Assembly: GCA_976226885.1 (NCBI GenBank)
Contig: OZ320314.1
Location: 39,432,001-39,496,000 of the forward strand
Length of the DNA stretch: 64,000 nt
Source of the DNA: Iphione sp. A-MEVVRFRX5
Lineage: Eukaryota
Reading direction: 5' to 3'
Shown here: positions 38,622-50,761 of the stretch, piece after piece
How the letters are laid out: each line of letters opens with the position of its first letter
How positions within the stretch are numbered: position 1 is the first letter of the stretch
The notes under the pieces: model-generated
Seen by the model: the letters and a program-made list of their open reading frames with translations, nothing else
Databases searched by the model: none
Told to the model about the DNA's origin: nothing
Translations under genes and position numbers: made by a program

Positions 38622-39949
38622 TAATAGTGCCTTACTAATCACGAGGGGAAAATAGTCATTTTGCATAGCGGAAACATGCATAAATGCAGGGTCGCACACA
38701 AAGCAGACATCTTTATAGACGTAACAAGATGTCCTTCGAGCTCCTAGCATGTGCACACTCCGGCACACGCCATTACTGCCTTCTCCCGGAAAGGCGCAGA
38801 CAGGCATGTTGATCGTAGAACGGACACTGGATCTTTCATATGCACACTTAGAGCTAATAGATAAAAGGAACATTGTGCTCATGATGTGACCCGGTAATCC
38901 TCTAGCCACGGACCTCACTATAATATGGGCAGTGTGGACAGAGGTGCTAAATAAGTAAATACAATGTACGTGGTTCCAGGGGCGGCGTCCGTCCCCAGAA
39001 CAGACATGATATTGTTGTAGAAACTGACAGCAATCTTGCTGCTCACCATTTCACTCTTCATGCCACTTCTACAGGACGTTAAATGGGTTGATCGTCTGTC
39101 ACATCAGGGACCTGTATAATGTGACATGTTGTGACTCAACTGGCGGTCATTTATTGCCTTTACCACACCTTGTGAACAGAACAAGAACAGGAATACCACC
39201 CTTCACGAGGTCACAGTTTACTGTATGAAAAACAGCAATTCCTGGCCAAATGTGAATGTTCTCAGTGGTAAAATGTTAGCTTTCAGTAACGATGTTTCTG
39301 ATAATGATGTGCTGTCTTTGAACACATGTGCATCGTCATGAGAGTTACACCTGTATTTTATATGCACTACATGTATATGCCTACTTATAATTATTTCAGC
39401 CTTGTTAATTTTTTTTTATTTCGAACGCATACAGAGAACTGGCATCAGCAAGGATAGTTTACAGCCACAGTTGTGCTAAAAACAATTATAATTGATATTT
39501 ACATAATATAGTCTTATTAACTAGTTATGATAGAGTTACTATGTACACGTATTATACAATTTGAATTACATGTATAGTAATAGGTATGAATAAGAGACTC
39601 AAGGCTATTCACATGTATCCAGACAAAACATATGCACATGGATCTGTGTACGTAGGCACCCCCTAGACTGTCCAGGTTGTAATCACCTGCATATGGTAAC
39701 CGGATGTATTTTAGCATAGCTTCCTATGCAATACAGATCTGTGTGTGTAGAAAACCCATCCTGAACGGTTTGGTAGTTATGCATACATATTCGTGTGCAT
39801 AAGAATATATATACAGGATATGGATACATCTGAATGGTATACTTGATTTCATAGAAAAGGTTAAAGAGAAACACAAACAGATCCGCGTGTATAGGGTAAT
39901 ATGGATACATGTGAACCTGCCTCGGTGGTAACCGCTAGGTACACTTGGT

Positions 39950-40586
39950 TACAATAATAGTGATTTAAGGAACAGACATTTGCTAAAAGAAACAAAAATA
40001 TTACCTTTGTCAAGAAGAATAGAGATTCAGACAATATTGCTATATAAAACGTATTAAACACTGAATATTGATGCATTGACAAACATGGTTGACTGTCAAA
40101 CTCGATTAGGAAGAAGATCGATTGGAAACATAAGGAGAATAAACAAGGAAATGTACCGAAACTCTTTAAGCTACCAGCGTTACACACTGTGGAATAAATT
40201 AACAGAAAACATTACAACATTATCAAAGGAGAAATTCAATGTAACACTTAAACAGCACGTTATCAAATATGCAAGGGAGAACTGTGAAATTGGATAGCAT
40301 ATATGGGATTGTACTAACAACAATATCTTACTTTAGATTTTAAAAAAAAGTAGGGAAAAATGCCTCGGTATTTATCATCATCATTAAACAAATATCATTC
40401 TCAAAAGGCCAGTTAGGAAGAAGAGTTATGATACAACAGTTATATTTCAACATGTATTCATCTCATCTCATAGCATTACTGTTGATTGTGATCCTGATCC
40501 TGGTTCCCATGTACATATTTATGTATCGTACAACCCAGGTTAAATAAAAGCTGTAAAAAAAAACAAAAACAAAAAAAACAAAAAAA
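39950..40586 (+). mobile_element. 5'-truncated LINE 3' end (CR1/L2/Crack-like) with poly(A) tail
   Basis: ORF2 C-terminal-like peptide YRNSLSYQRYTLWNKLTENITTLSKEKFNVTLKQH, AT-rich 3' UTR, AATAAA at 40543 and an A-rich tail at 40555-40586. Confidence 0.7.
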
Positions 40587-41493
40587 CGTCTGTCGGAGCG
40601 CTGCCATGGACAGTGTGTTGATCCCAACTCAGCCGACTTCCCCGAGGCTACAAATCAAGGCGAAGAATTTTGTGTGTATGTAGAGGCGCACATTACTTCC
40701 GTCCACCCCACCTCCCACCCCCCTCAGGACCCAGCCCTTCCTGCGATGCCGTCATCTTTGCAGAAGCAAAGAGCCTACTCAGACGCTCTTTGGTAGAAGT
40801 TTGCTGGGATGTTGATGAGGCGGAATGGATGGATGGAAGGGAAGGCATTGTATCTTGCTATTGACACCATCGGTTTTAAACCTTAAAAGGAGAAAAAAAA
40901 ATGGAAAAAAATAAGCAAGCATGAGCGCTGACAGGTGCTGCCCCCTAGGGAGAATTATGTTCAGGAGTTGCAGCAGCTGTGCCGAGTGGTGCTCCAGTTT
41001 CGTCACATGACCATTGACGTAATCCAGGGACAGGCTTAGAAAGGTAGGTGGGATCCTCCCTAGGCCGCTGACCCACACTCGTCCAGTTACCGCGCGCCCA
41101 CACGGACCGATCTCCTTCTCTACGACAGCCTCCCTGAAACGCGACGCACATAACACATGCGCATATATACATAACAAACAGCGCACAACACACAGCACAT
41201 ACCCATGAATATAAGTACGGCATAGGCACTGATACACCACGTTCAACCATATGGACGGACTTGCGTTCCTTCAACACACCACCACAGGCAACCCAGACTC
41301 AGGCACACACAACCAGCAGGGTTACCCCAAACACGTAAGAGCGTAACGGTACATGTAAACACGAAACCCCGCACGGACACTGCAGCGAGCACGTAGCCCG
41401 AGACATGCTGGGCAAGCCGACTGTTTCGGGCCGTCAGAGTTGGTGTTTTTCGGGTTGATCGTCCGTAGCCCAGGCCAGGTGCACAGATAGGAC

Positions 41494-41674
41494 ATGGAGG
41501 CTGCTGAGGGAGAAGGTGGGCGTGGGGGAGGAGTAGAAGCAGGAGTCGGAGAAAGTGAAGCTGGAGGAGCAGGAGGCGGAGGAGGATTCTGCTCACCCAA
41601 GGCTGGATACGCTGCCGTACTCATGGACAGAAATACCCCAACCGCTGCCATGGCAACCGCCCTGGAGAACAAAG
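41494..41674 (+). CDS. Candidate alternative first coding exon of LARP1 (MEAAEGEGG...MATALENK)
   Basis: GC/CpG-rich region with in-frame ATGs at 41494, 41623 and 41650 (gccATGG). Donor AAG|GTAGAG is phase 1, compatible with exon 56126. No homology support. Confidence 0.35.
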
Positions 41675-42929
41675 GTAGAGAGACCAGTTTATAGATTGGA
41701 AAAAATACGGGTAAACAGACGCAGTTGTTTGGTGGATGCATACTGGTAAGACACACTGGAGCAATAACGCTGTAAGGACCAAGGAGGTCCACGGCCAGTC
41801 ACTGTTGTCAATACACAACACGGCCGGGACAGTTTGGTAGCCCCCTCCCCCCACACGCACACACACATACATATCCCATACTTCAGGAAAATAGGAACAG
41901 ATTTTGAACAGCGCCACCGCTGCTGCTAGCTAAGTAGTGTATGATCAGAGCCAGGGTGTGCTAATCCCACTGAGTGACTTGGGACAAAAAGAACTGAATG
42001 GTGTATTGTTTAGGCGTGTCAGTGCCCCGGTCTCTGTGGAAACTGCATATGCCGCTTCCTTTGACAAGACCCATCACGTTCCAGTGTGTATAGGACAAGT
42101 TAAGGGTGAAAATTATTGAGGGCATGACGAAATATTGCGATCATGGATGATGGGTCATGAGGAGAATCGTGTCTAGCGTGTACTATGTGGCTACGTGATT
42201 TGCAATACAACTTAAACTTTTCGGCACAATACGATGGATAAACCTTCATTTCCATGTATTGCTGTTTTCACAGCTATTTTGTTTGGCACCATGGCGCTGT
42301 ATTATTTGGCATTTATTATTATTAACAACTGTAATATTTCCTTGTGGCTATACGTTGCTATGTGCCAGTCATGTGGGTGCCATCCATATTTTGTGCTAAA
42401 TTTCCATGTGCACTCATCGGCATGGATTGTGTTTTATCAGCAACCACTGCACCAACAGTAAACATGGCAAGAGCATAGGCTGGGTGTCCATGTATGCGTG
42501 TTGGCATCGGCGTGCATATGAGAGCATGTTAGGGTTTATTTCTGCTAATCTGGTAATTGCTGTATACATGCCGTTATGCGTCTTTTCCATGCTCACATGC
42601 CTGTTATAACGATTATGCCTAAAATACACCAAACACACATCTTTCATGGAAGAATGGGACAGCTCTCATTTTCAAACTCGGCCATGCATGGCTACACAAG
42701 GCCACCCATGGACACGCATACATGGGTATTCTCCTGCGAATCATAGTTCCCCCAAAATATGCACTGAAACATGCACGGACAGCCACAGAGACATAAACCC
42801 TGCTGTTTCCATGTATTTCCAACTATGTACAAGGGCAGATGTTTCAGTGATATGATAAGGTATGTTTCATGCAAAAAGAACACATTTCCGCACATTTTTG
42901 GCCGAGTTTCCTTGAAATTTGGTGTTATT

Positions 42930-43201
42930 AAGGCCGAGTTTCCATTGAATTTGCCTGGTTTTTGGCTTATTTCCACAGAAATTCTGCAATATGCACTGTG
43001 AGAGCATTGAAAAATAGGAACATTTCCCATTCTGAAAACACCTCGACATGCCCGTGAAATCACGTCAAACGCCACCAGCCTACATGGAAGCAGTCGTCCT
43101 GTTAACATTGTCTCCCCCCCCCCCCAGCCCCCCCCCCAAAAAAAAAACATTAAAACGTGCTTACGTGCCTGTGAAAACTCATGCGCATGGAAATTTAGCC
43201 T
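42930..43201. mobile_element. Harbinger-like MITE
   Basis: Imperfect TIRs AGGCCGAGTTTCCAT / ATGGAAATTTAGCCT, flanked by TTA / TAG. Confidence 0.5.
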
Positions 43202-45809
43202 TAGATTGTGACGTCCCCTTTTTTCATGGTGCACATGCCGATGTTGAGCCCAGAAGCCCATGATGTCAGGGTGTACGAACTTAACAGTTAAAAGGAATAG
43301 CTTATTTTTTTCTAATTTTTGGAGTTAAGGGTAAATTTGCTGCATACGTGGAGGCCGTGATGAGGAGTGAGACATACATTGTAGATGTGTACAAGACGTA
43401 TACCCGCAATAGAAGTGAATGCTAGCAGGTACTGCGTCACCATATGGTACTGCAGGACAGCGTGGATGAGGGAGGACTGTCAACGTGCATTTCATTGCTA
43501 CTTGCACAGTATACAAGTGTATACGTCGCTTGACGAACGAAGAACGAAGCCCTTTTAAACTAAGGTAGAAATTGCAAGTACAAACCATTATACTTTAGAT
43601 GTCATGTAAGGGTCCTCAGTGTTAATAGATCATGTCTCTGTCAAGAAAGTTTCTGATAACGGAAATCTCTTCTCCCCTCCCACTCACTCACTCGCACAGC
43701 CACTCAATCACCCACACCTTGAAAAGTCACGTTCACAGTTCCACGTGAACAACAACATGCACGCGTACACGCACACTCTCCAGCTTAATACTTGAAGAGT
43801 TATCTGTGAGCACGACCACATGTTCAGTAGTTCGAGAGATGATAAAGAATTGAAGACGTGAGAGCCGCCACGACAACATGGTCGTCATGGTCCACCTCTT
43901 CAACCACCACAGCTCCCACCACCGCCCCCCCGTGTCCTCCAACTATCCAGCGCCACCTTCCAGCTCCTGCTGGCTTGTATTTTTCTCCTTTTTTTGGTTA
44001 AGGCTTGCATAGGAAACAATGGCCAAGATGAAATAACTATTTAATGTGACATTTCGCAGAATAGAGCATCAGAAAGCTGTTAATGACCGCGTCCCCTCAC
44101 CTGCATGTGTGTGTGTGGTGCTGCGTATATATGCACCACGTGTTCCGCACCTGATTACATCTAGTGACGTGTGCAGGTAAAGGACTGTCATCAACAACAT
44201 ATGGCTACTGCGCAGACATCTCCCTCTCCAGCCCCCCCCCCCCCAACACACACATACACACATACACTAGACGCACAGCCAACTGATGCAACCAACCAAC
44301 CAACCACCAACAGAATGCGGCTACCTTGGCCGATGGACATGGCTGTGAATACAAGCGCATGTAGGCAAACTTAGGCAGACACACAGACAAGAAATAGACA
44401 ACTGGTCAGTTGTAGCGACCTTTTATTCACATGAATGAGTTTATCAGGTACTTGTGTCAACGCAAATACATAATCTGCAGCTGTATACAATTCAGTTTTG
44501 TTTAATAATGATTTGGGCAAATGCAATGACGTATTCGTCCACGGAGATAACTACGCCAAAGAATAAAATGTCCCTGCCTCAGGGAAAAGATTTAACTAGG
44601 CCGTCGTACATGTACATGCATATGGGTACAGCTACGCAAGTTTATGAAAGCATTGCAAAGATATCATACAGATATCATGTGTACATGTATTTATACAAGT
44701 ACAAGAAATGGAATGTATTGATCAGTCAGACACAGGTACAGTTGTAGACCTGTAACCATAGAGCAGCCGGGTAGAACACGCTTGATGTTGATATCAGTGA
44801 AGCAAGAAAAAGAGAGCAGCTCCTTTGAGTAGCACGTAGTGTAGCAACTTGCCATGTGGGCAAGTAAACAAGGGGGCAACACAGAATTGCAACTCAGTTA
44901 AGGGCAAAATTGTCTATTCCCATAAGTGTTCTTCATAACCTGTGCAGCAATGATTATCACCCTTGGCGATGGAGGGCAAAGTTAGAGGCTGCACACAGGA
45001 ACAACTCTCATCAATGATAATGGATGGGAGTCTTTTGACTGGGAGCAAAGTTTGCCTGTCCTTTTTTAGCAACCGCACATTCTGCAATCGGTCTATTGTG
45101 ACTTGCTAGTCTATACTAGTATGAATAGGTCCATGAGTGCCCGAGAGAAAGGATCATATAAATGCTAAACGTTTAAAGCCTATATTGTTTTTATTTATTT
45201 TTTTTGGTCTGTCATTGGTACAGCATCTACAGTAGAACATTTTCACAGTATTCAAGGTAGCATGCGCTGTAACAGACACATTCGCCACGTTTGTTTTTAT
45301 AGTCTGCTTTCTATTAAGTTCATCGTTATAGAGATTTTTCTTGGTTCAGCTATTGAAGCCATTTGAATGTCCGACCCGCATTAACGTGTCTGACAGATAT
45401 ATAGAATAACCGGCATTGTTAGGCAGATCCGGAACCAAGCAGCCAGCCATACAGGAGGACACCAGCTGGTGGACAGACTCCCGCGTACACACACACAGAC
45501 AATATATTCCAGACGGGAAAAAAGACCTGGCACAGCTGAGGTATCCCGCACATTACTTTTTACAAAAGAAGCCACGTGTCTGTCGGGACCTGCGTGTGTT
45601 TGTGTTTATTGTTGTGTGTTAGTCCGGTTGTCTCATTGACGGTGTAAGCGCACGGTAGCGGGCCAGCCTGCTCTGGCTCTACACGTATCTAGGAAACCAC
45701 GAAAACACAGCATATGCCTATAGACAAGTCAAATACAGGAATATCTAAATACACGTATGGACTTTCTACGAATGTAAAGCACCTGTAAATAGCCAAAAGA
45801 CCCAACACG

Positions 45810-45859
45810 CTCACTCACTCACTCACTCACTCACTCACTCACTCACTCACTCACTCACT
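45810..45859. repeat. (ACTC)n microsatellite
   Basis: About 12 consecutive units. Confidence 0.95.
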
Positions 45860-48808
45860 TGTACTCACACTCACTGTTGTATATTGTAGTCATTTGAACA
45901 GGAGTTTCAAACAGGAGACTGTAATAGAGAGTGGGTCCAGGTGTGCATCTAGCTGCCCGTCCCTCTACCGCCAGCACAGCTGCCTGCCTGCGCATCCTCG
46001 CCCACGAAAGGGGACCTTGTAAAGTGAAAAAAAAACCAGTTAAGAGGCCTTGACCGAAACACACTTCACTTTGGATTTGAGAGGGAGATTATCAGTCGGT
46101 GGGCTGTAACCAAGGGATTTATAGCACAGACACTAGGAGAACAATACCTTCCGAAAATGCAGTTGCTTGAGATTTGTGAGTTTATGTGCATTTAGGAAGT
46201 CATAAGCATGTAGTAGGAGAAAGTACTGACAAAGAATTGAAAGTGTTTGTGGATAAAAAAAAAAAAAAGATTTTCACTGCGAACAAAAAATAGACTAGAG
46301 CAATCTGTTTACATTAAGTGGTTTTTAAGTGTTGACATTCGCGATAATAGATTCCCGACCCACTGGACGGGAAAAAAAACGAACTTTTATATAAAAATGT
46401 ACGTTACCACCAAATGAAAGTTCATGTCGTATTGGTTCATTTCCCATAGATGCGTGTTCCCTAGCTATGGTCCTATGTTCACTGTACATGTATATTTTTT
46501 GCTGTATTCCGTACATGTGTGCTTATTTGTGAATAGCACCCTGCCCCATAAACATCAGCGAATACATGTATGTTAATTATAATGTCTCCGTGTCATGCAC
46601 TTGTCTTAATGCCAGGGCAGGCCGAATGTGTGACCTTGTTGACCTCTACACACTGGCATAATGTGCCACGTGAGGACTGACTTAAGGAGACAGAACCATT
46701 GTAGACTTAGTTACGTGGCAGTGTTGTGGTCACTTTGAACAAGCTGACGTTCAGTCGTGGCACTGGATAATACATACTGGTGGGTGTGGGTACATGTATA
46801 CTGAAGTGTGGGTAGACCAGTGCAGAAGGCGTAAAATCGCTTCTTTTGTTGAATGTTTTCCTTCGTGAACAGAGGCCTCTACAGGCAAATAATATGACTC
46901 TCTACAAAGAGTGTACAGTGGGAGTTTCTCCTTGCGTACTATATGTTTCTACCATTATGTAGATATTACAAATGTGCATTTGGATACAAAGACAAAACTA
47001 CCTAAAGTACCATGTCCCACTACAAGTACAACTTTTAAGGACGGGACCCTGAACCTTGCGACTGATGTTGATTTCTAGACATAGATCAAGGAAGACGGGG
47101 GAGGAGGTTGGAAAGAGAAAAAAAAAATAGAAATAATGTAAAATAGCTAAGAAGAACTAAAAGAGTACGTACATGTACAAAATGAACGCAGAGTGTGACA
47201 ATCGGTCTGATACTATTGCCTTGTCATATTGAGGAAGTTGCCAACAGTACTATAACTTTTCTTCACAAAAAGATTGTCTCAGTGCTCGGAGGCTGTGCCA
47301 CACCCCCACCCCCACAACTTTGCCAATCCTCCCAGTATCCCCGTCCCCGTTGTCGTCATGTCTGAAATAAAGGATGCCATTCAGCGAGATTTTCCACCAG
47401 TTGTTGGAAGAGAAATGAGAGTAGGCTGCTACGATGTGTACAGAGCTGTTCATCACTGCCCCCATACCGCCCATGCCTACCATCATTATCGTGCATGCGA
47501 AACCAGTTAATGTAAGTTTGTGTATGTGACACTAGTGTTTAAATGGACGCAGTTGCCAGTACATGTATGTACATCTATATGGCAGACCGTTCATAGCCTC
47601 CCCTTCCACTCCTCCCATTTTCCTCTATACTCTTTTGACCACGGGACCAAAGATATATGGCAATCTCTGTGCCTAGCTAGATATACTAACCATACTAACA
47701 GTACTAATTCACATTTTAGGCAGGGCATCAGAAAAACAGCCGGTAGGCTGATAATGTGTTCTACTGAAAATTATGTAAAAAAAAAATTCCGGTTTGCAGA
47801 CACAGATGTGTAGAGCTGATAACATGTACCTTCAGGCAGATAATACGTATATGGGTAGGACACGTGTTGTTGCTTGCCTTCAGTAAGTACTTAAGTACAG
47901 TTTTGAGAGAGGTTTTACTATCATCATTATATCCAGGTTAGTTTCCATGTACTTTTAGTGTACCCAATAGACAGAAAGTATCCATGTCAGTGTGTGTTAG
48001 TCACATTACGATCTCACTGTTCTGTTAAGAGTGTAAATTGGGATAATACTGAGATCGTCGTTAACTCCCCATTACGTTTCAGAAGTATGTCTTCACGGGT
48101 TCCTATCCCAGAGATCGTACTCCCAGGTACCAATATTGACATCTTGAAGTCTTCAATAACTTCTAGTCCTGTCATGTATTGAACAGGTAGCAAACGTAAA
48201 CCCGAAAACAGAAAGGAAAATGAAAAGATTTTTTTTTTTTAATGTCCCGAACTTCTCCCGAGATCACCAGTGTCATCATTATGACGGTTTGTGTACTAGT
48301 GTTGTAGGTAATTAAGTCTTAACTACGATAGCTGCATGCCGCAGAGAAAAGAACAAGATACGCTCACTCTGTATCACTTAGCCTACCATGCCATTATGGA
48401 GGTCTTGCTTACAAAGCTCCAAGTTACCCAGTAACAAGCATTGTCCTCGGGTTCTCTTTGATAAGGTTGAATTTGTGCTTCCTTTTACATTATTTCGTCA
48501 GTTACGCCCGGTGTGCATGCATACAGATTTTTTCCCCGCAGCAGACCGTGCTGTGGGAAAAAAAATGCTACTATGAGAATGTACTAGGGTGTTTCCATAT
48601 CTCCAGATTTTTTCCCCCGCAGCATGGACTGCGTGCTGTGGGGAAAAATCCTGAGACAGAAAACGGACAATGTATGTTTTTTTTCAGGCACCACACATGC
48701 ACACGTATGAGTAGGATAGAGAGATGGTTTTTCAGCTGGATAGACACTGTCTATCATGTGATAGATGTTGTGAAAAAAATTATCTAATTTGCATATCATT
48801 TGCATAAA

Positions 48809-48925
48809 AACTGCACAATTTCGACCGATATGCCTCAGCCTCCATTAAAAAAAACCGCACAATTGCAACTGATATGCCTCAGCCTCCATTAAAAACTGCA
48901 CGATTTCATCTGATATGCCTAAACC
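48809..48925. repeat. ~45-bp tandem repeat, about 2.7 copies
   Basis: aaaa(c/t)gcac(a/g)att...gatatgcctcagcctccattaa repeated. Confidence 0.8.
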
Positions 48926-49420
48926 TACATACATACATGTACACGGGCAAGTCAGGCATTGCCCGATCATTCACAACCGACAGGAAATGAGTTGGCATAG
49001 TTGATAAAACCAGTATCAAACCAACTGACACTGGAAAATCGGGAACCCGCATCGTCCTGATAAGCCAGATAATCAGCACCGAGCGACACCTGTTCCCCAA
49101 GCATGACCCTAGCTGAAAGCTCAACCACCCAAGCTGACCTATTGAAAAATCTTGGTATTATTCTCTGAAAGGGGGGGGAAATTAATGGCGCCTGAGTAGA
49201 CCCTTGGTCGAAACCATAGAAAAGATAACTTCTTTCCTTGAAGATATAAAAAAATATACTTGTTTTAACTTACCTGAAGTATAAAATATGACATCACAAT
49301 GGGAATGTTAACATTGCCTAGCAAAGTAACCAGTTTCCATAGTGTCACCTGGCACGAAGTGACATCACAGTCATTCAAATCTGTACATGGTAGCGCCTAC
49401 ACAGGACGTCTTTGCCACGG

Positions 49421-49510
49421 TCACATGAAAACATACATGTACACATGTATACATATATGTATATGTATGTATACATGTATACATACATACACATACACAT
49501 GTACACATGG
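49421..49510. repeat. TACA/CATG low-complexity repeat at end of a Harbinger-like repeat
   Basis: acatacatgtacacatgtatacat run; a TIR-like CATGGAAACTGGGCCT|TAA follows at ~49590-49610. Confidence 0.7.
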
Positions 49511-50163
49511 AAACCGGGTCTCCGTGCCTGTCGGGAAAACAGCTCATTTTCTGGACTCGACACCCACTACGGGGGAAAAAAACCCATGCGCATGGAAACT
49601 GGGCCTTAAGAGTACAGCGCCTTCGGTGAATAGCCAAAAGCACTGTAGACGGATCAAAGCATTACGTGGGGGAATACAAGGGAATGTGCATTGGTTTGCT
49701 TCGGGAGAGATGAAATACACTGAGGGCTTTGAGTACCCCGAGTCAGTCTAGGTCAGGGCCACAACTTTCACGCCCATAAATGCCCCCTCCCATCCAATAA
49801 GCCAGCACTCATCAGGAGCTGGCCATTGGGAGCAGGAGCATTCTTGTACTGGGTTCCGCTCTAGTCTTCTCATTACGGAGACGAACTTTGCGACAAAGTG
49901 GCTAGCAAGGAGACTGTTGTTGCAGCCATGGCAGCAAGACTAGACGGCGCTGATGGCCTCACCATTTCATCACGTTATGTTTTTGCAGCTGACTTGCACA
50001 GCAAGCTCAGTAGTCCAAGTTATGATCTTGATAGAACGAATAGACACATTGTAATCCTGTCAAAATCATAGATACAGATGTGCACTTCTTATTTGTCAAG
50101 TGCAGTGTAGAGGCTAGTTGTTCTCTTAGATGATTGCAAGAGGACAAGAGCTACATGTGCTTA

Positions 50164-50761
50164 GGCCCGGTTTCCTTACCTGCGGCGAGCTGCGGAGAGG
50201 TCTGCGTGCGTTCCCAGTGCGTTTGTGTGCATTGTACTCTTACCGCACAGCAACGCAGAGGGGTGTCCTCTATCGTGCGTGACGGTGCGTGCGTTTGTGT
50301 GCGTATTTTGATGGGAAAATACGAAAACCAGCATAAAAAACGCAGAAAACCGGCAAATTTCATGCAAATTGTCCCGAAAAACGCATATTTCATGCAAATT
50401 CGGCCAAAAACCGGCAAATTTCATGGAAATTGCCCCGAAAAACGCATATTTCATGCAAATTCGGCCAAAAACCGGCAAAAAATGTGCGGAAAAATTCGGG
50501 AAAAAAGCCGCTTATGCGGAAATGTGTGGTACCTACAGTCAAAAGTCAGTCAAAGTCAGTCAAAATGATAGAAATACCAGTGCGTTGCTGTGCATGTGCG
50601 TGGGATTTACGGGAACGGTCCGAAAACGGGCTCCGCAGCTCTCCGCAGCCGCAGCTCTCCGCAGATAAGGAACATCCCATATTAAAATAAGCATGACCAT
50701 AAAATTGGTGCGTTTTCCGCACTCCAACGCACGCATGGCTACGCACATAAGGAAACCGGGC
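50164..50761. mobile_element. Harbinger-like MITE with internal 61-bp tandem repeats
   Basis: TIRs GGCCCGGTTTCCTTA / TAAGGAAACCGGGCC flanked by TTA / TAA; 61-bp repeats at 50345-50480. Confidence 0.8.

Noticed and set aside
40606-40683. MDSVLIPTQPTSP ORF sharing PTSP with other candidate exons
   Set aside because: No GT donor before the stop; a 4-residue match is expected a few times by chance in six frames of 64 kb.
50134-50690. Several overlapping repetitive ORFs
   Set aside because: Internal tandem repeats of a MITE.
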